From assembly GCA_963750545.1 (NCBI GenBank), contig CAVVQY010000005.1, positions 4,881 through 68,880 of the forward strand: a DNA stretch of 64,000 nt, given 5' to 3'. Positions 57,238 to 64,000 of the stretch are shown here, piece by piece (the stretch's first letter is position 1; the number at the start of each line of letters is the position of its first letter). The notes beneath the pieces were generated by a model. That model was not told where the DNA came from, did no database searches, and saw nothing but the letters and a program-made list of their open reading frames with translations. Position numbers and translations under genes: made by a program. The stretch comes from an uncultured Actinomycetes bacterium. Lineage in GTDB: Bacteria > Actinomycetota > Thermoleophilia > Gaiellales > Gaiellaceae.

Positions 57238-58626
57238 ATGACCGGCATGGCGACGATTCGTGCGAAGCCGGTGCTTGCGCGCGACCACTGCCTGGCGCCG
57301 GACAGGGTGGTCGACGCTCCGATCTACGGCGGGCGCTACGGCCGGATGTTCGGCGACCTGCCGCCGTTCTCGGCCGACGAGGGGTTTCTGCACATGATCG
57401 GGTCAGCCGGGGGCGCCTGCGACGCAAGCGACGCGGAGGCCGCCGGCGCGGACGACGCGACGGTCGCGGCCGGCTGGCCGTTCTTCGGCCAGTTCATCGC
57501 GCACGACATCACCGCCGACCGCTCGCCGCTGCGCTCGCACGCCGAGGAGGGCGCGCTTCGCAACTTCCGCACGCCGCGCCTGAACCTCGAATGCCTCTAC
57601 GGCGGCGGCCCGGTCGGAAGCCCGTACCTCTACCAGCGCGACGACCCAGCAAAGCTGCTGCTGGGAGTAGGAGCCAACGACGTCCCGCGCAACCAGGAGG
57701 GCCTCGCGCTGATCGGCGACCCGCGCAACGACGTTCATCTCTTCGTCAACCAGCTCCACGTCGCCTTCCTGCGGGCGCACAACCTCGTTGTCGACCGTCT
57801 CCGCGAGGACGGTGTCCTCGAAGCTGACGTCTTCGACGAAGCGCGACGGGCGACGATGTGGCACTACCAGTGGATCCTGCTCCACGACTACTTGCCCGGT
57901 CTTGTCGGACAGGAGTTGGCGACCGAGCTGACCGTGCAAGGCCCGCGCTACTACGCGCTCGGGGGCGAGCCGTACATCCCGTTCGAGTTCGCGGACGCCG
58001 CCTTCCGGTACGGGCACAGCCAGATCCGCCATCGCTACCGCGTCAACGCAGGTAGCGGAGAGCTGACGATGTTTCCCGACCTGATGGGCTTCGGCCACGT
58101 GCCGCCCGAGCGGGCGATCGAGTGGGCGCTGCTCTTCGACCTGCCCGGCTCACCGCCGGCGCAACGGGCCAAGCGCATGGACGGGCGACTGCCCGCGAGC
58201 CTGATCAACCTGCCGGCGCAGATCACGGGCGACGTGGACGACGAGGCCTATCACTCGCTCGCCGCGCGGGACCTGCAACGCGGCCAGGCGATCGGCCTGC
58301 CCTCGGGCGAGGCGGTCGCTCGCAAGATGGGCGCCGATCTCCTGGCGCCGGCGGACATCGGCCTCGCGAGCCACGGCTGGCGCAACGAGACTCCGCTCTG
58401 GTTCTACATCCTCCGCGAAGCCGACATAGTCGGCGACGGCGACCGCCTCGGGCCGGTCGGCGGCCGGATCGTCGGCGAGGTTCTCGTCGGGCTCCTGAAC
58501 GCCGATCCCGAGTCGTACCGGGCAGGCGACCCGAACTGGCGGCCGACGCTGCCTGCCGCGAACGCGGAGCACTACAGTCTGGCCGACCTGCTCGCAATCG
58601 GCGCCTCGACCACGGGAGAGAAATGA
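57238..58626 (+). CDS. Animal-haem-peroxidase-superfamily (peroxidase-cyclooxygenase) protein, 462 aa, intact
   Basis: ORF 57238..58626. The distal-His motif is WPFFGQFIAHDITADRS. Further motifs are RTPRLNLECLYGGGP, GDPRNDVHLFVNQLHVAFLRAHN, WHYQWILLHDYLP, FADAAFRYGHSQIR, LAARDLQRGQAIGLPSGEAV and TPLWFYILREA. Confidence 0.85.
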   Translation: MTGMATIRAKPVLARDHCLAPDRVVDAPIYGGRYGRMFGDLPPFSADEGFLHMIGSAGGACDASDAEAAGADDATVAAGWPFFGQFIAHDITADRSPLRSHAEEGALRNFRTPRLNLECLYGGGPVGSPYLYQRDDPAKLLLGVGANDVPRNQEGLALIGDPRNDVHLFVNQLHVAFLRAHNLVVDRLREDGVLEADVFDEARRATMWHYQWILLHDYLPGLVGQELATELTVQGPRYYALGGEPYIPFEFADAAFRYGHSQIRHRYRVNAGSGELTMFPDLMGFGHVPPERAIEWALLFDLPGSPPAQRAKRMDGRLPASLINLPAQITGDVDDEAYHSLAARDLQRGQAIGLPSGEAVARKMGADLLAPADIGLASHGWRNETPLWFYILREADIVGDGDRLGPVGGRIVGEVLVGLLNADPESYRAGDPNWRPTLPAANAEHYSLADLLAIGASTTGEK

Positions 58627-58910
58627 GCGACTGCACGCATCTGGACTCGATCGACCTCAGCGTGACCCCATCGAGCACGGAAGGCTGCTCCGAGTGCCTT
58701 CGCACGGGCGGCTGGTGGGTTCACCTTCGCGAGTGCATGACCTGTGGCGAGGTCGGCTGCTGCGACAACTCGCCGAACAAGCACGCAACGAAGCACCATC
58801 ACGCAACCGGGCATCCGATCATCCGCTCACGCGAGCCGGGCGAGGACTGGTACTGGTGCTTCGTCGACGAGGTCGCCTTCGCGGTCGACACCGGCGAGTC
58901 AGCATCGTAG
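58623..58910 (+). CDS. UBP-type zinc-finger (zf-UBP) domain protein, 95 aa, translationally coupled to the peroxidase gene
   Basis: The ATG at 58623 overlaps the peroxidase TGA (ATGA). The product is MSDCTHLDSIDLSVTPSSTEGCSECLRTGGWWVHLRECMTCGEVGCCDNSPNKHATKHHHATGHPIIRSREPGEDWYWCFVDEVAF, which has the Cys/His pattern of zf-UBP. It lies within ORF 58122..58910. Confidence 0.8.
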   Translation: MSDCTHLDSIDLSVTPSSTEGCSECLRTGGWWVHLRECMTCGEVGCCDNSPNKHATKHHHATGHPIIRSREPGEDWYWCFVDEVAFAVDTGESAS

Positions 58911-58993
58911 ACTCGCGCGAAGGTGTCGAACGGGCACCTCGAGCATCGATCCAGGAAGGGGGGCCCGATTTGGCCGCGACAGAGACAACGGCA

Positions 58994-59407
58994 ATGCAGG
59001 CCGTCGAGAAGATGTACGACTGCTTCAACCGCGGTGACCTCGAGACGATCAAGACCGAGGTCTTCGCACCTGACATCAAGTGGACTCTCCCGGGCCGTCA
59101 TCCGCTCGGCGGAGTGAAGAACGGCGCCGACGAGGTGCTGGCGTTCTTCCACCAGCTCAACCTCTCCGGCGTCCAGGTCGACCTGATCAACATCGCGCAG
59201 TGGACCGAGGACACAGTCGTCGAGGTCCACCGCGGGCACGGGCAGGTCGGCGACGCGAAGCTCGACGCCCTGAACTGCACGCACTACAAGGTCGTCGACG
59301 GCAAGATCGCCGTCGTGCAGGTGTACATGGGCGACCAGTACGGCGCGGACAACTTCTTCTGGGCCGTCAGCAAGCTCAAGCCGATCCCCGATCGCATCGC
59401 GGACTGA
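58994..59407 (+). CDS. NTF2-like (SnoaL-superfamily) protein, intact
   Basis: Within ORF 58694..59407, ATG at 58994. The product is MQAVEKMYDCFNRGDLETIKTEVFAPDIKWTLPGRHPLGGVKNGADEVLAFFHQLNLSGVQVDLINIAQWTEDTVVEVHRGHGQVGDAKLDALNCTHYKVVDGKIAVVQVYMGDQYGADNFFW. It is a close paralogue of the next gene. Confidence 0.7.
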   Translation: MQAVEKMYDCFNRGDLETIKTEVFAPDIKWTLPGRHPLGGVKNGADEVLAFFHQLNLSGVQVDLINIAQWTEDTVVEVHRGHGQVGDAKLDALNCTHYKVVDGKIAVVQVYMGDQYGADNFFWAVSKLKPIPDRIAD

Positions 59408-59420
59408 AAGGAGCAGAGGA

Positions 59421-59861
59421 ATGGCGACACAAGAGGTAGCGACAGGGCCGATGGCGACGGTCGACCGGATGTACCAGTGCTTCGGCGCCGGCGACATGGA
59501 GACCCTCAAGAACGAGGTCTTCGCGCCCGACATCCAGTGGGCCCTTCCCGGGCATCACCCGCTCTCGGGCGTCAAGCGCGGCGCCGACGAGGTGCTGGCG
59601 TTCTTCGGCGCGCTGATGGCTGTGGGAATCAACGTGGACAACGTCTCGTTCGGGACGATCGGCGACGACCGGGTCGTCGAGACGCACAGCGGGCACGGCA
59701 CCGTCGAGGGCATGGACTACCTCTTCCCGACGTGCAGCGTTTACACGATTCGCGACGGCAAGATCGCCCACGTCCAGGTCTACACGGCCGACCAGCACGG
59801 AGTCGACGACTTCTTCTGGAAGGCGAACGCGCTCAAGCCGCTGCCGGATCGGCTCGCCTAG
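59421..59861 (+). CDS. NTF2-like (SnoaL-superfamily) protein, 146 aa, intact
   Basis: ORF 59421..59861 gives ...MATVDRMYQCFGAGDMETLKNEVFAPDIQWALPGHHPLSGVKRGADEVLAFFGALMAVGINVDNVSFGTIGDDRVVETHSGHGTVEGMDYLFPTCSVYTIRDGKIAHVQVYTADQHGVDDFFW. Confidence 0.75.
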   Translation: MATQEVATGPMATVDRMYQCFGAGDMETLKNEVFAPDIQWALPGHHPLSGVKRGADEVLAFFGALMAVGINVDNVSFGTIGDDRVVETHSGHGTVEGMDYLFPTCSVYTIRDGKIAHVQVYTADQHGVDDFFWKANALKPLPDRLA

Positions 59862-59959
59862 CGGGCCGACTCGGCTGGACGACAAGAGGGGAATCCAGGT
59901 TCGTTGCGAGCAGCCATCCCGGGCGCAGCGCGGCGAACCCTGATCAGAAAGCGAGCGAA

Positions 59960-60259
59960 ATGCCGATCATCAACATCAGGTTCATCAAGGACGTCGTCGC
60001 GACCGAAGAGCAGAAGGCCGAGCTGATCGAGAAGATGACGGACACGTTCGTCGGCGTGCTCGGCGACGTCGTCCGCCCGTTCACCTACTGCATCATCGAC
60101 GAGGTTCCGATCGGGCTGTGGGGCATCGGCGGCGTCCCGATGCCGGATCTGCCGTACCTGGTTGGGGACGAGTTCGCCGAGGTGCGGGAGAAGTCGAATC
60201 AGACGATGCGTGATGCGATCGCGCAGATGGCCGCCGACGCCGACAAGGCCGAGGAGTAG
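59960..60259 (+). CDS. Tautomerase-superfamily (4-oxalocrotonate-tautomerase-like, Pro-1) protein, 99 aa
   Basis: Within ORF 59477..60259, ATG at 59960. The product MPIINIRFIKDVVATEEQKAELIEKMTDTFVGVLGDVVRPFTYCIIDEVP... has an N-terminal Met-Pro and the beta-alpha-beta pattern of 4-OT-family members. Confidence 0.7.
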   Translation: MPIINIRFIKDVVATEEQKAELIEKMTDTFVGVLGDVVRPFTYCIIDEVPIGLWGIGGVPMPDLPYLVGDEFAEVREKSNQTMRDAIAQMAADADKAEE

Positions 60260-60267
60260 CCGCCTCG

Positions 60268-61196
60268 ATGTCGGCTTCCGAAGAAGCGAAAGAGATCATC
60301 CGGCGCTGGAACGAGGAGGGCTGGTCGGGCGGAAAGTACGAGCTCGCCCACGAGATCATCTCGCCGAACATGCAGGTGCACGGCGCCGGCGGCCAGGCCG
60401 TCGGCATGGGCCCGGACGGGCTGATCGACCTGATCAGGACGTGGCGCACCGCCTTTCCGGACGGACGCATGGAGATCGACGACCTGATCGTCGAGGGCGA
60501 CACCGTCGCGATCCGCAACACGTGGTACGGCACGCAGACCGCCGAGTTCTACGGCATCCCGCCGAGCGGCAAGTCGGTCGCGGTCACCTCGGTCGGGATC
60601 GACCGCGTCCAGGAAGGGCTCGTCACCGAGGGCTGGGGCGAGCTCGACATGGTCGGGATGATGCAGCAGATGGGCGCGCTGCCCATCGTCGGCCCGGGCG
60701 CGGTCGCGGCCGGGGCCGACTCGACGTGGGGGCCGACCGCCTCGAGCTACGGCGGCGCCACCGGCATCGCCGGACGAGAACCGGGCCATCCTCCGCCGCT
60801 TCGTCGAGGCGCTCGCGAACGCGGACGGCGACGCAGCCGGCGAGCTCGTCGACGCGGACGCGTTCGTCGACCACAGCCCCGGCTGGGGCACGAGAGCTTC
60901 GACTCGGTGCTCGAGACGCAGGCGACGCTCCGCGCCGCGATGCCCGACCTCGCGCTACGAGGTCGACGCGTCGAACATGGTCTGCGAGGGCGACCAGGTC
61001 GCCGCGCACTCGGTCGTCCGGGGCACGCACACCGGCGAGGCGCTCTACGGCGCCGAGCCGTCGGGCAAGGAGGTCGTCTGGACGCACAGCGACTTCGTCC
61101 GGCTCGCGCGGCGACAAGATCGTCGAGCGCTGGACGGCCACCGACATGCTCACGCTGTTCCAGCAGGCCGGCGTGCTCCCGTCGATGGGCGGGTAG
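60268..61196 (+). CDS. Di-domain SnoaL-like 'ester cyclase' protein; second domain frame-shifted as sequenced
   Basis: ORF 60268..61209 gives domain 1: MSASEEAKEIIRRWNEEGWSGG...TAFPDGRMEIDDLIVEGDTVAIRNTWYGTQTAEFYGIPPSGKSVAVTSVGIDRVQEGLVTEGWGELDMVGMMQQMGALP. Domain 2 is hand-stitched: ENRAILRRFVEALANADGDAAGELVDADAFVDH, then MVCEGDQVAAHSVVRGTHTGEALYGAEPSGKEVVWTHSDFVRLA (ORF 60977), then DKIVERWTATDMLTLFQQAGVLPSMGG* (ORF 60162..61196). Confidence 0.8.
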
Positions 61197-61199
61197 AGC

Positions 61200-62116
61200 T
61201 TGGCGCTGACGACCGAAGAGAAGCGGGACGCTCCTCAGGCGCGTGAGCCGCGAGATCGTCGTGGCGGGAACGTCGACCTCGTCGACGAGCTCTTCGCCGA
61301 GGACTACGTCGACCACGACACGCTGCCCGGCCTGAGCGCCCGACCGCGAGGGTTTCAAGCAGGCCGTGCAGCTCCTCCGCGGCGCGCTTCCCGACCTCGT
61401 GGTCGACATGCTCCACACGGTGGTCGAGGGCGACAAGGTCGCCGACTACCTCGCCTCCACGGGCACTCACCGAGGGCGAGTTCATGGGCATCCCGCCGAC
61501 CGGCAAGCCGGTCGTCACCTCGGCGATCGAGATCCTGCGCAATCGACGAGAGCGGCCGCGTCGCCGAGCGCTGGCAGCGCTTCGGCGCGATGCAGCTGCC
61601 TCCAGCAGCTCGGCGTGATCCCGGGCTGGGAGGAGCCGCCGCCCGTGCCGCCGATCCCGGTCGTGACCGGCGGCCGCGAGACCTCGCTCGAGGAGAACAA
61701 GCGGCTGATGACGAGCCAGCTCGCGATCTGGAACGACGGCGACTACGACCTCGCCGACGAGCTCTTCCATCCCGAGTCGGTCACGCCCGACGCGCCGCAG
61801 CTCCCGCTGCGGGCCCGAGGGCTGCAAGCAGGTGGCGCGCGTCTTCCGTGAGGCGTTCCCCGACTTCCACATGACCGTCGAGGACTCGGTCGCCGAGGAC
61901 GACCTCGTCGTCTGCCGCTTCCGCCAGACCGGCACCCACGAGGGCGAGCTCTTCGGCATCGCGCCGACCGGGCGCACCGTCGACTTCGGCGAGATGGCCA
62001 TCTGCCAGATCGCCGGCGGCCAGATCGTGGCCAGCTGGTTCCAGACGGACATGCTCGCCCTGATGAGCCAGCTCGGCGTCGGCGACGAGCAGCCGGCGGC
62101 ACCCGTCCCTTCCTGA
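61200..62116 (+). CDS. Di-domain SnoaL-like 'ester cyclase' protein; frame disrupted as sequenced
   Basis: TTG at 61200. Domain 1 carries NVDLVDELFAEDYVDHDTLPGL and ALPDLVVDMLHTVVEGDKVADYLASTGTH..FMGIPPTGKPVVTSAIEIL...LLQQLGVIPGWEEPPPVPP (ORFs 61200.. and 61366..61851). Domain 2 carries SLEENKRLMTSQLAIWNDGDYDLADELFHPES and MARVFREAFPDFHMTVEDSVAEDDLVVCRFRQTGTHEGELFGIAPTGRTVDFGEMAICQIAGGQIVASWFQTDMLALMSQLGV (ORF 61832..62116). Confidence 0.8.
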
Positions 62117-62155
62117 AGCCCATATTTCCGAGTCACCGCGCCGAGAGAGGAGACC

Positions 62156-63104
62156 ATGGCGAAGCCCGAGCAAATCACCAATGAAGACAAGGCCAACCAG
62201 TGGGACCGGATCGTCACAGCAGACGACTCCACCGAGATCGCCAACAAGGCGATCATCGCCCGCTACGTCTACGCGACGAACCTGATGGACATGGACACGT
62301 TCGACGGGTACGTCGCGGAGGACTACGTCGAGCACGACCCGATCCCGGGCCAGAAGCCCGGCCGCGACGGCCTCAAGGAGGCCTACAAGATCTTCGCCGG
62401 ACCCTTCTCCGACGCCGTCTTCGTCTTCGCCGACCTGTTCGCGGAAGGCGACCTCGTCTTCGGCCGCGGCGAGATCAGCGGCACGAACGACGGGGACTTC
62501 TTCGGCATCCCGGCGACCAACAAGAAGATCGAGTGGACCGGCACGCGCCTGTTCCGCATGAAGGACAACAAGGTCACCGACGGCTGGTTCAACGCAGACC
62601 TGGCCGGGATCTTCGTCCAGATGGGCGTCGCACCCGCTCCGCCCGGCCCGCCACCGCCCGATCCGCCGCCGACGATGCCGACCGGCGCGCCCGGAACGCG
62701 CGAGGAGTGCAAGGCGATCATGCACAAGCTGATCGACGACGTCTGGGCCAAGGGCAACGTCGACCTCGCCGACGAGCTCTTCCATCCCGAGGCGATCTGC
62801 CCCAGCGCAGCCGTCCCTTCCGGTCGGGCCGGAGGGCACGAAGATGATCGTGAAGATGGTGCGCGACGCGTTCCCGGACTACTGGGTCCGCATCGACCTG
62901 ATCGCCGCCGAGGCCGACCGCGTCGGCGCGCGGATCACGCAGGGCGGCACGCACAACGGCGACTTCTTCGGCATCCCGCCGACCGGCAAGACGGTCGAGT
63001 GGACCGAGATGGCGATCCTCCGCATCGGCGACGGGAAGATCCTCGCCACGTGGTTCGACAGCGACATCGCGGGCCTCATGCAGCAGCTCGGCGTGGCGGG
63101 CTGA
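62156..63104 (+). CDS. Di-domain SnoaL-like 'ester cyclase' protein; one frame shift near 62810
   Basis: Hand translation from the ATG at 62156 (RBS gagaggag); this frame stays open to the window end, so it is absent from the ORF track. Domain 1 reads MAKPEQITNEDKANQWDR...NKAIIARYVYATNLMDMDTFDGYVAEDYVEHDPIPGQ...DFFGIPATNKKIEWTGTRLFRMKDNKVTDGWFNADLAGIFVQMGVAPAPPGPPPPDPPP. Domain 2 starts in the same frame (ECKAIMHKLIDDVWAKGNVDLADELFHPE). It continues in ORF 62844..63104 (MIVKMVRDAFPDYWVRIDLIAAEADRVGARITQGGTHNGDFFGIPPTGKTVEWTEMAILRIGDGKILATWFDSDIAGLMQQLGVAG*). Confidence 0.8.
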
Positions 63105-63106
63105 GC

Positions 63107-64000
63107 TTGGCCACCGAGCGGGTCGAGTTCACGAGTGAGGGGCTGAAGCTCGTCGGGGACCTCCGCGTCCCCGACGACAGCCCATTCGAGGCCGACGGGA
63201 AGCTGCCGGCGCTGACGCTGACCGGCCCGCTCAGCGGCGTGAAGGACCAGGTCGTCGGCAACTACGCCGAGCGGCTCACCGTCGAGGGCTTCGTCACGCT
63301 CGCCTTCGACCACCGCAACTTCGGCGACAGCGAGGGCGAGCCGCGCCAGCACGAGGACTCGGCCGGCAAGCTCGCCGACCTGCGCGACGCGGTCGGCTAC
63401 CTGGCCTCGCGTCCGGAGGTGGATCCCGACCGGATCGCGGTCGTCGGGGTCTGCCTCGGCGGCGGCTACGCGGTACGCGCCGGAGCGTACGACCCGCGCG
63501 TGCGGGCGATCGCCGGCGTAGGCGGCGCATACAACAGCCCGCACCGCCTTCGGGGCATGCTCGGCGCGGACGGCTATCGCGGCATGCTGGCCGGCGCCGT
63601 CGAGAACCTCGAGCGCGAGCGGAGCGGCGGCGAGATCGCCTACGTCCCGGCCGTCGCCACGGACGGCCCGGCGCTGATGCCCGGCCAGGAGCCGTTCGAC
63701 TACTACGGCACCGAGCGCTCGGCGAGCGCCGTCTGGGAGAACCGGATGACGGTCGACTCGCGGTACCAGCTGCTGACGCTCGACTCGCTCTCGGCCGCAG
63801 AGCTGCTCGACCGCACCCCGTTCCTCGTCGTCCACGGCACGGTCGACGCCTACTGCACGCCGGAAGGCGCCCAGGCGGTCTTCGACCGCGCGACGGGCCC
63901 GAAGGAGATCGAGTGGATCGAGACCCCGAACCACATCGACATCTACGACCGCCCCGAGCTCGTCGACCCGGCCGTCAAGCGGGTGGCGAGGTTCCTGGGC
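63107..64000 (+). CDS. Alpha/beta hydrolase, dienelactone-hydrolase-like (GxCxGG nucleophile elbow); 3' end runs off the window
   Basis: Hand translation from the TTG at 63107; the ORF is open-ended and not in the track. It reads LATERVEFTSEGLKLVGDLRVPDD...LPALTLTGPLSGVKDQVVGNYAERLTVEGFVTLAFDHRNFGDSEGEPR...DPDRIAVVGVCLGGGYAVRAGAYDPRVRAIAGV...FLVVHGTVDAYCTPEGAQAVF...IEWIETPNHIDIYD. There is no stop before 64000. Confidence 0.75.
   Translation, partial: MATERVEFTSEGLKLVGDLRVPDDSPFEADGKLPALTLTGPLSGVKDQVVGNYAERLTVEGFVTLAFDHRNFGDSEGEPRQHEDSAGKLADLRDAVGYLASRPEVDPDRIAVVGVCLGGGYAVRAGAYDPRVRAIAGVGGAYNSPHRLRGMLGADGYRGMLAGAVENLERERSGGEIAYVPAVATDGPALMPGQEPFDYYGTERSASAVWENRMTVDSRYQLLTLDSLSAAELLDRTPFLVVHGTVDAYCTPEGAQAVFDRATGPKEIEWIETPNHIDIYDRPELVDPAVKRVARFLG

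Noticed and set aside
1744-63104. Reading the many frame shifts as programmed ribosomal frameshifting, or as massive genuine pseudogenisation (genome decay).
   Set aside because: There are far too many. They sit at arbitrary positions without slippery-heptamer context and strike core and accessory genes alike. They leave the inter-shift peptide segments motif-perfect with no in-frame stops. Insertion-type sequence error is the more economical explanation, although only read-level data can settle it.
1-64000. A search for CRISPR arrays, tRNA or rRNA genes, IS elements, integrases, prophage genes and long exact repeats.
   Set aside because: I recognised none. The only strict periodicity is the 291-bp coding repeat at 480-1650, which is far too long and protein-coding to be CRISPR. 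Paralogous gene families (ester cyclases, NTF2-like proteins, MFS, phosphoesterases) have diverged and are not repeat elements. A tRNAscan or Infernal run would be needed to exclude small RNAs formally.

Overview
Very GC-rich bacterial chromosome segment with GC3-saturated codons, judged by eye. It looks like a high-GC Actinomycetota-type genome, but that taxon is only a guess. I can support about 60 protein-coding genes. I recognise no rRNA or tRNA, no CRISPR array, and no transposase, integrase or phage genes.

Layout:
(i) 1-1738: a secreted protein built from 4 x 291-bp in-frame tandem repeats.
(ii) 1.8-18.3 kb: an L-rhamnose catabolism and transport locus. lutCBA and rhaI are on the minus strand. 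A DeoR-type regulator, rhaB, a bifunctional aldolase/SDR (RhaEW type), an ABC transporter and a mutarotase are on the plus strand. An AraA-like isomerase and a signal-less solute-binding-like protein follow.
(iii) 18.3-24.3 kb: mixed redox and efflux genes (O-methyltransferase, an LLM oxidoreductase with an apparent internal deletion, CMD, Dyp peroxidase, MMPL).
(iv) 24.3-37.9 kb: a cyclic-nucleotide-rich accessory region. It holds an NDH-2::cNMP-binding fusion and an AAA-TPR-cyclase with unusual domain order. It also holds a stand-alone cNMP-binding protein and a patatin / alpha-beta hydrolase / enolase-superfamily / GH3 operon. A membrane cyclase there carries Glu/Gly at the purine-specificity positions.
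(v) 38.4-45.1 kb and 57.2-64 kb: two arrays totalling 16 NTF2-superfamily (SnoaL-like 'ester cyclase' / NTF2-like) domains in 11 genes. They sit among SCP2, VOC, cupin, tautomerase, animal-type haem peroxidase, zf-UBP, a dienelactone-hydrolase-like enzyme and two DHA2 exporters. No PKS, NRPS or terpene core enzyme is present. This is my best candidate for an undescribed system.
(vi) 45.2-57.2 kb: Ser/Thr kinases (one fused to an NTPase-TPR), queA, an SDR, a GAF-histidine kinase/LuxR pair and two metallophosphoesterases.

Major caveat: many genes are broken by frame shifts, mostly single extra bases. I rebuilt these genes by stitching ORF-track fragments and translating by hand, so their boundaries are approximate. 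I label them CDS 'frame disrupted as sequenced', because I cannot tell sequencing or assembly error from true pseudogenes. The ORF track also omits ORFs that run off the window ends (minus-strand 1..1738, plus-strand 63107..64000). I translated those by hand.
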